Positions 1 through 12,317 of a stretch of 64,000 nucleotides of DNA are shown piece by piece; within the stretch, counting starts at the first letter, position 1; every line of letters begins with the position of its first letter. The translations under genes were made by a program, and so were the position numbers. Source of the stretch: Octopus sinensis. Taxonomy: Eukaryota. The stretch is taken from assembly GCF_006345805.1 (NCBI RefSeq), contig NC_043005.1:930001-994000 (forward strand), in the 5' to 3' direction. The notes under the pieces are model-generated. The model searched no databases. It worked only from the letters and a program-made list of their open reading frames with translations, and was not told the origin of the DNA.

Positions 1-751
1 TTCCTTAAGGTCTGCCAACCTGACAACCCTATCATTTCTACCTGTAACTGCCTGAAAAATGTCATTGCCACTCTGCTCCTCACCTTCCTCCTAGATTCAC
101 TAAACATACTCTCTTCCTCTACCGTCCTTCCTGCCCCATTTTTGCCACGAGTGTAAATTCTTTCTATACTCTCATCTCTCATCATAAGACCCTCTCTTCT
201 GCCCGGCCCCTGCTTCACTTCCACTCTACTATTTATCCTACAACCTCCACTCTTCTCTGTCTAACAGAATTTGATCTTGCTCTGGATTGTTTCTCCTTTA
301 TGGGCAAAATTTACTCACTATTTCCTGGAATGGTCATTGGCATGAGAAAGGTCCTTAACTGCACCAGTGCATTTCAGTTCCTAATCATTTTAAAGTTCAC
401 TGGTCTTAAACCCACAGTTCCACAGCTATTATCTTGATAACTGTATTGCTGCCACACCTCTCTCTTTCTCATGAATATTTAAACACTTTCATCTCATTTG
501 TTAGCTCCTTTCAATCCCCTCTCCATTTCAGATAATCTCCCTTAATTTTATTTACTCTTTCTGTTTACCATCCTACCCTCTCCACTTTTATTTTATACAA
601 ACCCCTGACTCCTCCTCCTTCTTTGATTTTCCTCCTCTTCCCCCCACTGTCTTGTCACTGCTGAGGCAGAAATTGTAACTATGATTTTGAAACCCAGGTT
701 CAACACACGACTATTCATTTCACATAGTTATCCCCCCCTACCTTTATTTAA

Positions 752-2164
752 CCCTTTCGTTACTATATTTCTGACCAAAATACACCCCTCATGAGTTTCA
801 ATTAAATTCTAAAATAATCATGAATTTAGGCTTGTTTCATTAAATAACTGTAACTTTTTTACTTATCAACATATTAATGTGATATTTGGAACATAATTAA
901 AGAAAGGGTTCTTAATCAATTCTATTGCATAACTTTTGTCTCAAAGTGACTTTAATTACAGGTAAATCCAGGTAAATTGAGCAAAAGGTAAAAATATTAA
1001 AATTTTGTTTAAACATCACCATAGAAAATGAATCATCAGCTAATATTCAAATGGGTATGCAACAAAATTTTGATAATGAAGAATTGTGCACATCACTAGA
1101 TCATCAGTTGAATTTAATGCACAACAGGTGTACCATAAAGGTGGAATAAAGTGAAATACTGGAATCCACCGTAAGTTTGACCGAACTAAAGAAATCGGTC
1201 AAAAAATAATATACGGCCCTGGTTATGGTATAGAAGTGATAAATTCCAGACCACAGCGTTCCCTAGGCCATGCTGACTAACATTATTTTCCCTGTATAAA
1301 AACTAAATCCATGAAGTACCCAGTATTTGCTTCACAAATTTTCCAAAATTTGATCCCCCATTTTATGTTTTGTTTACATTCTGCGTAAATTTGTTTCCGC
1401 ATTGATCGCTTCAAACAATAACTTCCAGACCACATCATACCCTAAGCCATGCTGACTAACATTAGTTTCCCTGTATAAAAACTAAATCCACAACAGTACC
1501 CAGTATTTGCTTCATAAATTTTCCAAACTTTTGTGTTTGTTTACAATCTGCGTAAATTTGTTTCCGAAGTGATCGCTTCAAACTAGCATACTGAAAAAAT
1601 AAAAAAGTCTAATGGTTTCGCTTCCTGAGAAAGACAATGGATAAACTATCTCCCCAGAAAAATTGCTAATAAAAACATTTTAAAAGTTTTTTTACTTCAT
1701 TCTGATGTAAAACCGTCTTTGCTGTCGCCATCGCAGCTTTGTTTCTTCGGAATCGCTGCTTTCATTTTCGGATAAAAAAATATCATATTGTACACCACGT
1801 GCTTTAAGACCTCATTCATTCTTTTTCTTGATATCTCCCTATTTTCCGTTGAAAAAGCTTTAAATTCGGAATCAATGCTTGATAACATGAAACTCCTATC
1901 CATTTTCAAAGTTGAAGAAAAATCGATGCCGAAAAAAATGTGGAAAAAAATCTCCCAAAATTCACTGAGTTGAGATATCACTTCAAGCAATGTCGGATAC
2001 TATAACTTAACTATTTACAATGTGAAATCACATGTTTTAACGAATGTACCAACGAGATTTGGGTTCAAATTTACATTTAAATAACAATAGGTTCTCTCGG
2101 CCGGGTACGGCCGGGTTGGTATTATGAACCAAAAACTTTTTCAGCCGGGTTAGTAACGAAAGGG
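752..2164. mobile_element. Non-autonomous piggyBac-type element (MITE), 1413 bp
   Basis: Perfect 14-bp TIR CCCTTTCGTTACTA (752-765) / TAGTAACGAAAGGG (2151-2164), flanked by TTAA on both sides (748-751, 2165-2168); no transposase ORF. Confidence 0.92.
1244..1583 (+). repeat. Imperfect tandem duplication (~160-175 bp unit) inside the piggyBac MITE
   Basis: ttccagaccac...gatcgcttcaaac at 1244-1416 and 1423-1583. Confidence 0.9.
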
Positions 2165-2949
2165 TTAAACTAGCCTTACACTCTGTTTGCAACCCACCCA
2201 GTGCACCTCTGTTCCTTTCACCTACCACCATGTCACTCTGCCCCCTGCATTGTACTGAACTTCACCTTGTTTCTGCCCTTTCCCACTATTCTTTGAGCTT
2301 GGATTCAATCTATGCAACCTCCTCGTCCACACTGCCTCCTTCCATGCACCAACCCCTTCTCTCAATTGGTGCACTTTCTACATTGAAGATTCTTTCTGAT
2401 GCATCTCCAACAACTTCATACATGTGCACCAATGTTCTTGCAGTCTAATGTACATTGGGCTGACTGTCCAAAAGATTTGTGGGGCACCTCAGAGTCATTA
2501 ATTTGGCAACGAGTCTTGTTTCTCAACATTTCTGTTCCACCTAACCAGAACTGGATTCAAACCCCGTGGGGGGAGGGGGGCATGGCACTACAAATTCAAT
2601 GGGCCCCCTCATGCACAAGAATTAAAATTTTGAAAAATTAGCAAATTTGTATCTCAAAACCCATCTATTGCATGTAATTGTATTTGACGAGGTAGCACAG
2701 AGAGTTTAAATAAATGACTGAAAATGTCACTTTATAGAAACACATTTTAAAATTCAAACTTTTTTTTCTCACACATTCACTTGTTGTGTTTGACTTTTCC
2801 TTCATTGTGGAAAGTACAATGAAGGAGGGAAAAGGGGGTAAGATTTTTTTCTTTAGGGTGAGTTACAAATGTTTCAGAACGAAGAATATAATAAAATGAC
2901 AGAAAATTATAAAAAAGAATCAATAATATTAATACGCTAACTTTTTTTT

Positions 2950-3272
2950 GTACATACCTGTGGTGTGTGTCACACTTCAAAGAAGTGGCAAAGTAAGAGA
3001 GAGGAGGACAGAGAGAGAGTGAGAAAGTGAAAGAGAGAGTTTTGTCTTTTTGTTGTTTTGTCTTTTTTAAATGTTTCAGAGATGACCTAAGAGAGAAAGA
3101 GAGAGAGTGAGAGAGAGAAAAAGTGAGTGAGAAAGAGAGAGTGAGTTGTAACGGCGTTTGTCGCAAGAGAAGTAGATACATAGATACATATACACATTGT
3201 TAAATCAAAGGCAGGAGAGAAGAGGGACACAAAGGAAGTGAAAGAGAAAGAGAGAATGAGAGAGAGAGAGAG
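2950..3272. repeat. GA/TC-rich low-complexity microsatellite tract
   Basis: Runs of (GA)n and gagagt/gagaaa. Confidence 0.8.
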
Positions 3273-3319
3273 TAGATACAGCAAATATTCAATGTCAATT
3301 TAAATTTTGAAGGTATCTA

Positions 3320-6300
3320 AAACAATTCAAGTCAATTTCTTTATTAACCATAAGGTTGAGAAAAAGAGGGGAAGATACGAGGATAGGCAAAACAAACATT
3401 GGGGTCAGGGTATCGAATGAGACAAAACGTATGAATAAACAAACAATTAAAATATATACAATTAAATGAGAATGAGTGATTTACAAAAAATGAAGCGGAG
3501 GACGCGGTTGACCCCACAAACCACATACTCACACTGAAGACTTTGCTTTCTCCTTTTAATATTCTTGTTTAAACAGGTTCTTTCACTCGCAGCATACTTG
3601 CTACAGACTTCCGTCTTTTATGAAACACACTTTGCAACAGGCATTTCTTCTCCAGCCTTATTTTCCGTTTCATGTGGAAAACAAAAAAGCTGATTAGCTC
3701 GAGACTGGAGATGAACATGCCTGTTGCGATTCCTTTTACTCTCGTCTTCCACACTACCTCTTTTGCAACAGCAACTACCGAGAGAAAACAGGCTCGCTCC
3801 TCCCTATTTGGGGAGGTCTGCAGAACGATCTTAATTATAGATTCACTTGACAGTTGTACTCTTCTCGAATGCGACAGCAGGTGTTCGACATAAGCCCAGA
3901 GCTCAGTCATTTTGGGGCATTGCACAATCACGTGCAGGACAGTTTCACTGTCCTGCTCGCATCTTGCACAAACCGGCGAAGGCGCATACCCATGTCTAAA
4001 GAGCTTACCTCGAACCAGTTAAGCTCCTCTGTAACATTGCCAGGCCAGGGACTTTTGGTAATTATCCATAGGCCCTGGCCCAAATGTTGTTTGGAACAGG
4101 TTGGCCAGTTGATCTTCGTCAAAGCCTAGGATTTCTCCCATTACGTCATTACACTTAAACTCTACTAACCCTCTATAGAAGAACGAGGTAGTGCCACTGC
4201 CATTGCCTGACTGGGAGAGAAGCATGAGTGCCTGATGGCACTCTGCATGCCACATGCCCAACCTCAGTCTACACTTGATCCATGGGTTCAGTTTGGTAAA
4301 CGATGTGAACTGTGGAAATAACAGCCTGACGAATGGAGACGACACCTGCTCAACATCCAGGTAAAGCCAGTGGTGCCTAAGCCTGAGCGCATGTCTGCAC
4401 ATTTTTAGCCACAGCCTCCCTAACCCACCCTTCAGCGGCTTTTGGCAGCAGATAGAGCACCTTACAAGAGGTCTGCTGCCCCTCCACAAAAAGTGAAAGA
4501 GCATGCATTCCAGCTTGTTCAGCCACAAATTGGGCCAAGGCATGACGGTCAGGCGGTAAGTGATTATAGAGGCAATAAACATGTCTGTAACCTCTGCCCT
4601 CCCTTTCAAGGACAGCCTCCACTCAGACCTGGTCTGAGTTAGGAGAGCTACCTTGCTCACCACCTCGCTCCAATTCTTCTGGAGATCTGGACCTAACCAG
4701 GCTCCAAGCATTTTCACCGGCCCTTCCGTCCAACGTCCCACGAAGCTGTCGGAAGGCATCGACTTGCCCTTCCAGGTGACGAGTAGCAGCCAGCCGATTT
4801 ATCCCAGTTGATTTTCGCTCCTGCCACCACTTCATAATCTCTTAAGACCTCACCTACCCACTGTAGGTGCTTGACCCGGGATACGATGACGGTGATGTCA
4901 TCTGCATATGCTGAAGTTGACTTTCCGCACACTAGATCTTGTGGAGCACCCCTCATAGCTTCCAAATTCCTCGGCAATGGCTTGAGGGCCAAAACGAAAA
5001 GCAGAGATACTGATGGTCTACCCTATCAAACGCTTTCAATTGGTCTAAATGGACCATAACCCCATCCTTGCCAGGAATCCTATTTACCCTTTTTTAAGGT
5101 ATAGCGTAGAAAGTGGAGATTTTGTGGATGGTCCTGCCAGGGATGGCACAAGTTTGTACTTCACCAACAAGTTCACTCAAGATCCGCACCAACCTTTTTG
5201 CTAAAACCCTGGCCAAAATCTACTCTGCATTAAGAAGAGTGATGCGCCGAAGATTATCAATTAAATCCCCCTTGTTTGTGTCCTTTCTTAACAGCGCTAC
5301 CACCCCTCGGCTCACAGACTTGGGAATTCTCCCGTTCTGCTGCCAGTTGGTGTACATGCATGCAAGTAGGTGCCCGAACAAGTCTGGCATGCTACTATTG
5401 AGTTCGTAAGGCAGACCATCGAGCCCTGGCAATTTGTCCCCGCCACAGTCTGCCAACACATCCTTGACTTCCTTTGCTGTGATTGGAGCTTCACAAGATT
5501 CCGCATCCTGCCCTGAGAGACGTGACGAACCGGCCAGGAAGTCTGCGAGCTTCTCCCCACACTCCAGTTCACCACTCCTCCCGAATAGCTGGGCAAAATA
5601 ATTGTGAAACACCTTGCACATCTCCTCAGGTTCATTTACTGATCGACCATGTGGGTCTGTCAAAGATTGAATGGTTGAGTTGTTGCCACGCTGGCTCTCT
5701 ACCACCCGGGCCCATCCAGCCGCGTTGATCCCTTCCTGTCTCATTGCATGGATCTTAGCCCTGACAATGCACCCTTCGTGTTTAGCTTTGAGATGTTGGT
5801 CGAGTGCCAACCTCACCGCTAACACTTTCAATGCACCGCCTGACCTCATTGCTTCATCTACTGCCTTAACTAGTTCCTTTTCTACTTTGTTTCTAGCACT
5901 AGCTATTTATTTGCTAAACATAATCGACTCAAATTTGATGGCTCTTTTCAGGGCTTATCACCATTTGTTGTTGATAATGGATCTGGTTAACGCCTTCATT
6001 ACCAATTGTCTAATCCGCTTCCTGTAGGCTTCACAGTCCAATAGTGACTTGTTTAGCTTCCAGTAACCAGTACCTCATCTACACATGCTATCTAGGTCGA
6101 GCGTACAGGTCACTAATTTGTGGTCACTGTAGCTGATGATATGGTTTTTGTGGACAGCTAAGTATTTTCTTATCTTTCCTTCTAGTAATGATTCTATCTA
6201 TGTAAGATCTGGACGACCCATCATTTCTTGCCCAGATTCACGCTGGAACATCTGGGTGGTCCAGTCTGAATCGATCTGCCAACTCGAAACGACTTAGCAG

Positions 6301-8500
6301 ATCGTTGAGGTAAGGATATCCCCGCCTATTCTTTCTCGAGCCAAAATAATCTACACGTGCATCGCAAATTGTGTTGAAGTCGCCTAGCAATACTAATGTG
6401 TTCGACGTGCCGAGAAAATTCTCTAGGCTTTTGAAATAATCGTTCTGTCCAGCTTTTCCTTCGCAGGGAGCATAGACAGCGACCAGCCTGAACACTTTAC
6501 CACTGCTGTGCGTCACATCCAAAACGACCAACCTGCCTTCTGGATCTATAAAGATAGTTTTAATCTCTAAATCCAGGTTTTTCCTGACTAGCACTGCCAC
6601 CCCCCCCCCCCCCTTCCCAGTCGGCAGGGAGAAACGTATTTCTCGTAGCCATTTAGAAGGGGTGAAAAAAGCTGCAGCCCACTCAGTCTGGATTTGGTAA
6701 TTACAACACATCCAAAGGATGCGACCCAAGGTCATCAAGGAAGCAGCCTTGCTTCCAATCTGACCCCAGGCCACGTATATTTAAACAACCGAGTTTAAAC
6801 AAGAATGTGAAAAATAAATCATGTGTTTAAAACTTGCTGTTTTAATGGGAGTGAGGGTGTAGTTTCACCCTCCTCTTTTCTGTCTGTAAGTGTTGTGGTT
6901 TGCGAGGTCATTTTTTTCGTGAATTGCTTGTACAGATAGCTCGAAAAGTTCATCTGTAATGGGCCGATGTCCTCAGCAAAAGATTTTTTTAGTTCGAAAT
7001 AATCTGTGTTGTCGATGGTATAAAACTTGACTTTTGCAAGAATTCTGCTATTTAAATGTTGCGATATATTTTTTCGCCGACTTCATTAAAAAGATTTGGT
7101 CTCTTAATAGTTTGTCATTTTTGTTTATCGCCGTGAAGTTGTTTACCTTTTTTTATTAGGCGATTGTGGAAGGGTGTGTGTGTGCTTGTAGATGCATGGG
7201 TGAATGTAGGCGTTTGTGTGTGCTTTTTCCAGTGTTGGTGTTTTTTTTGGCTACATGTGTGTTTGTGGCTGTATTTGTGGGTGTCAGTGTGCTTGTCTCT
7301 CTCGGAGCTTAGTCCTGTGTTTCACGGTAACCTACTCCTGATTGTTGTTGTTTTCTCCTGCTGTGGGCTGTACTTAGGGTAATTTGTGCACGTGACGTGG
7401 CTGCTATTTTTAGCGGTGTTGTCATTGTCTTCAGTGGCGTGCTTGCCTTTTCTGTTGCGTTTCCTTTGACTCTTTCTTTCTTCTTACAGTTTGACCTTAT
7501 GTGGCCTTTCTTGCCACATTTATAGCACCTTGGCTTTCGCCCCTCGACTTTCGCCTCTCGACTACCACCACCATCAGGCTGGTATCTTCCCCAGTTATAA
7601 TTGAACTGGGAATTTCTTCTAAATCTATGGGGTTTGCTTGAATGACAAGTTCTAACTCTTGTCCAACCCAGTTCATATGGTGGTATCTCTTCGTCTGTAG
7701 AATGGTAATTTTTTCCTCTCTGCTACCAGCCAGGCCACATCTATTTCGGGTGGTATATCACTGACCCTGACTTTTGAAGTTCTCCTTCCTAAGTAAGTCG
7801 GCAGAAGAACTACCTCTTCCGACTTCAGTGTCATTGTTGAATGTTCCCTGACTTTTTCTTCGCTAGGGAAACGCACCTCTACAGTGCCGAATGAGACTAC
7901 CCCTTGCTATATAATTTGTTTGTTGCCATATCAGCCTCAAGCATTTCTCTATGGCTTCTCTTGTCACAAAGTCAATTTTTCAATTTTTGCTGTGGTAAGT
8001 CTTATATATTAGTATTTTTCTCTCCGTCATGTTGAAGTTGCTCCCTCCCAGTGATTAATTCACTGGGAGGGAGCAACTTCACATTTTCATCTTCCTTTTT
8101 TAGTAAACATTGATATTTTTTAAAAAATCTTCCTTGCTTATTTCAATATTTTCACAGGAGCGAGTTGCTGCACTTGCAAAATTAACTCTAGATTTTCCCT
8201 CCTGTGTTGCGTTGCTAGACATTTTATCGTCTGCCTTTGTAGCAAGCGCGTGCGACGCTTCTATATCTTTACAGCTCTCCTCCCTCATACTCCTCTCTAT
8301 GCCTTGAAACAAAATTTCTAAGTTTTCCTCGGATGTGGAAGAAATTGGTGATAAATTCATGTTTTTAGCTGTAACAGCAGAAAAGAAGTGGTCTCGTCGA
8401 CCAAAACGGTAAACTTTCACAAACTTCAGCACAAAAACAATCTTTCACAGTGGAGCAAAGAATAACACGACCGAAAAACAATTCCAGTCATTGACAAAGC
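3320..8500 (-). mobile_element. Near full-length, decayed Tx1/L1-clade LINE (ORF1 with CCHC knuckle; ORF2 APE-RT)
   Basis: ORF1 CYKCGKKGHIRSNC at 7486-7527; APE (GVAVLV, VYAP, LGDFN) at 6238-6774; RT (PGLDGLPYE, LRRITLLNAE, AYADD) at 4714-5849; post-RT region 3569-4759; AATAAA on the - strand at 3340-3345; several frameshifts and stops. Boundaries approximate. Confidence 0.92.
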
Positions 8501-8729
8501 AACAGGTAAGGAGGGAGAGAGAGAGGTGAAAACTTCGTTGTGGACTGACACTTATTGTCTGCCTCCTCTCTATCTAAGTATGTGTTTGTGTATGTGTATG
8601 CATGTATGTGTATGTTTGTATATGATTGTGTGCTGGATCTCTCTCGGCATGCCAGTAAACCACAAAATCGCACCAGCCAGCATCACCATTACTTGCAAGC
8701 CTATCATATATGTATATGTGTGTGTGTTT

Positions 8730-8930
8730 GTGTCTGTGTTTGTCCCACCACCACCATTGCTTCACACGGATGTTGGTGCATTTGCGTCTCTGTAATTTAG
8801 CTGTTCAGCAGAAGAGACTGATAGAATAAGCACCAAGCTTATAGGGAATAAGTCCAGGGGTCAATTTCTTCGACTAAAGGGTGATGCTCTAGCATGGCCA
8901 CTGTCAAATGACTGAAACAAGTAAAAGAAT
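8730..8930 (+). mobile_element. 3' half of tRNA-derived SINE (same family as 30704-31109)
   Basis: Matches the body and tail ...gcatggcc.c.gtcaaatgactgaaacaagtaaaagaata. Confidence 0.85.
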
Positions 8931-9124
8931 ACCAAAAGAATGTTCCGTACCACTAAACCAAGAATTTTCTTTGAATATGTACGACATATTCTAAGGTTAA
9001 ATAGTAATTCCGTTTACGTTTGTCTAAATGAGATATTTTGGTTGGATTATATAGTTTTTGTTGTTATATTATTTTCTATATTCTGTAACTGTCAAAATAT
9101 ACTTTTCTAGGCCTGAATTTTTGT

Positions 9125-9247
9125 GGGGAGGGGGCCAGTTGATTAGATCAACTCCAGTACACAACTGGTACTTAATTTATCAAGCCCCAAAGGAGGAAAG
9201 GCAAAGTTGACCTCGGCAAAATTTGAACTCAGAACGTAAAGACAGAC
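9125..9247 (-). mobile_element. Fragment of a second SINE family (gagttcaaat...gaggtcaactttgccttt...gataaattaagtacc)
   Basis: Related copies at about 12780-12910 (+), 35061-35227 (+) and 63200-63250 (+). Confidence 0.65.
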
Positions 9248-9317
9248 GGTCATAATATGAAAACATTTCTCATGGAACCAGTACACTGTTTACAGATGCT
9301 TACATTTTTAATGTTTT

Positions 9318-9345
9318 CCGTGAATTTTTCACGGGTCCAGCTAGT
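9318..9345 (+). mobile_element. Helitron-like 3' terminus
   Basis: Hairpin CCGTGAA-TTT-TTCACGG, then 6 nt, then CTAG|T; no 5' end identified. Confidence 0.5.
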
Positions 9346-9546
9346 ATTAATATATTATTTTAGTGGTTGTTGTTGTTCTAAATGTATGATGAGTGTGTTT
9401 GTGTGAGTGGAGAGACAAACATTGAAAAGACATGAATTTTTTAAACTTTCATTTTAAACTTTCATTGTTTTGTAATGCATGAAAAAAGGGAAAATCCTGA
9501 CAAAATTTGCAAAATTCCAACATATACGGGACAGCTATTCTGAAAG

Positions 9547-10995
9547 AATTCCATTTCCCCATCAGATGACAACATATGAGTTCTGGTCTTTTCATAGTCT
9601 TTCACATTAGCAAGCACTAGTTCTTCTGGAATACATATGCTTGAAGGATTTTCAATATTCTGTAACGATGGGTGCTGTCAAACCCGTTGCTGAAGTCCAC
9701 AAAGGTTATAATGGCAGGTAGCAGTCTTGATTTAACTACTTTGATATGCCTCAGGGCTAAGATCTGAGATGTTGTGGCTCTCCCATTTTGATTTGGTCTT
9801 AGATGGCTATCAAGCACCTGTTGAATCCTGTTGAGGATTATTTGGTTGATGACTTTTAGTGAGATATTGGACAGTGCAGTTCCTCTGTAGTCAGTTACAG
9901 TGCTGAAGTTTCCTGACTTTGGGATTTGTATCAAGTTAATTTCGGGCCACTGATCTGGACTTTCTTGGTTCTGTAAGAACTTATTTGCAAAATCCAGTAT
10001 TATTTTGCCCAGATGATAACTTGAGGGGGAATTTCATCAGGGCCAGCAGCTTTTCCCTCTTTCAGTTAATTTTTGGCACTCTAAATTCTTTCGATTACTA
10101 GCTGGAGTGCTACAAGGAGATACACTTGCCCCATATCTGTTTGTAATTGTATTGGATTATGCAATTCATAATCTGATAGACAACAGTGATGAAGACCTTG
10201 GTTTCATCAAAGACCAGAAATGGTCATGGAGAGTGCCAGCAGCAACCATCACAGACATGGACTTTGCAGCTGGTACAGCACTTTTATCTAATAGATCACT
10301 CATAGCTAATCGGTCAAACTCTATGGCTGTTCAGTAGAGCAGCTGCTGCAAAGATAGGTCTGCATACAAATGTCAAGAAAGCAGAATTCATGTCTTTCAA
10401 CCAATCAAGTGATAACTGTTTGTTGTGAGTGGTTCCGAATTGAATGTTGCTGAAGACTTCAACTATTTAGGTGGTTGGGCAAGCAGTTTGGAAGCAGACA
10501 TCATGATCAAGAAGAAGACACAAGCATGGAGAGCCTGTCACAAACTGAAGAAAGTGTGGAACACCAAATTGCCCGGGCAAATCAAAATGAGGTTGTTCAT
10601 TGCAACTTTTGGATCGGTGCTGTTATGTGGCAATGGAATATGGACACTGACAAAGAAATTTATGAAATGGGCTAAATGGATGCTACTCAAGGATGCTACA
10701 AATGGTTCCAAATGTGAAATGGCAGTAACATATGACAAATGAATTGCTTATATGGAGACCTGCCAAAGGTTTGTGAGAAGATCATACAAAGATGGCTGTA
10801 ACTATCAGATCACTGTGTGCACCACCCTCAGCTGCTTACATCATGGTGATGTAAGCAGAGGAACTTCGACAACTTAATTGCAGACACTGGCCTGAAATAT
10901 ATCCAGGACCTCGAAGCAATGATGATAGACCAAGAAGTGTGGCATGTAGTCTTTGTTGCTGTATCAATAAATAATCTGGCCATAATAATAATAAA
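9547..10995 (+). mobile_element. 5'-inverted RTE-clade LINE insertion with 11-bp TSD
   Basis: RT N-terminal part on the - strand (9547-~10080: GPDEIP, IPKSGN..YRG, FVDFSNGFDS). Continuation on the + strand from ~10084 (LAGVLQGDTLAPYLF, DFNYLG) to a (TAA)n tail. TATTCTGAAAG at 9536-9546 and 10996-11006. Confidence 0.88.
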
Positions 10996-11029
10996 TATTC
11001 TGAAAGTCTGTTTTCCCTGTTTCAAGTTA

Positions 11030-12317
11030 GGGGTGGTGGGGCAGAATGAGTAACAGTTACTGCATTTTTTTACTTTGAGAAAGAAATATTTTTTAAAATG
11101 TTCACTATCTAGCAGAAAGTATATCAGCTAAGTAATTGGCCTTCTCTAAATGCATTAAAAATGCTATAACATATTCAGAACACTTTCAGAAAATTACCTC
11201 CATTCTCTTTGAGCATATAAAAGACAAATTTAGATGGGGCAAAATGAGTAAGATAAGACAAGGTAAATTTATCTCTTCAATTCTCCAGATTTGCATTTGA
11301 AAAAAAACTCATACACATCAATATCTTGGTCAAATGAAAAGGAATCATGGGAAAATGAAATTAATGAAACTTGACTAAATCGAAAAACTCAAAATATTCT
11401 CTATGGCTTCTTCACAATCTGCTGGAGTGGATCTCTGCAGAATTCTGGTTTAAGCACTCCATATAACCCTTCATAACTTTTTAATTTGGGGGAATTTTCA
11501 AAACACACAAGGATTCATAAAACTATGAAAATTGTTTTTCTTTAAGTTTTAGAATGTTTTTCTCTTTTAAATTACAGTTCTAAATTTTGACTTAAATCCC
11601 AGCAACAGATCATTAAACATGTTTATAGGAAGAAAGATATTGAAAAGCATCAATACGTCAGAGTGACAGAGAAACAAGGAGAATATCGGGTGATCATGAA
11701 ATGTGCTAAAAATACCAGCTAAATAGCCCTTAAATCAGACACATTTTTTTTTGATTTTTCATTGTCGTATGAATTCTCATGTAGAATACAAAAATTTTCT
11801 GAAAATTCAAAAAATTAGAAAGAGCTATGAGATGCTACATGGGGGCACTTAAAGCAGAATTCCACCTGGCTCTCTTCCTGATACATTTACGCTCTATGCA
11901 GTTAAAGAGAAGAGATTACTTATTACTCATTTTGCCCCAGTTTAGACAACAGCTTTTGAAAATGATCAAATTAGTCATTAGTGTAGGGTAAACAATTGAC
12001 ATAGAATCCAACAGAGAAAAGAATTTGGATTGTTGAACACCCAAAATTATCTAAATATTTTATTAGCAATCTCAATTACAACTGGGTCAAATTTGAGGTA
12101 AAATTTCTCGTAAATAAAGCACCTGTTACCTGACAGTTTCAAACTGCCTCAACTGCAACAACATAACAGTGGCCAACATTTGCTGCCAAAGATGATGCAA
12201 TAGTGCAAAATGGTGATGCAATACTTGCAATGTAATGGTTTCAAGCAAGTAGTGAGGAAATAATGAGAAATTGGTAATAACTCATTTTGCCCCAGTTATC
12301 AATTTTACCCACACCCT
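11030..12317. mobile_element. Probable old non-autonomous DNA transposon with nested inverted motifs
   Basis: GGGGCA(A/G)AATGAG motif at 11038 and 11235 (+) and inverted at 11923-11939 and 12281-12294; 11235-11251 and 11923-11939 are a perfect 17-bp inverted pair. Confidence 0.5.

Noticed and set aside
1-700. CT-rich tract (also 2170-2480) possibly an ancient - strand LINE split by the piggyBac MITE
   Set aside because: No diagnostic motif recoverable by eye; left uncalled.
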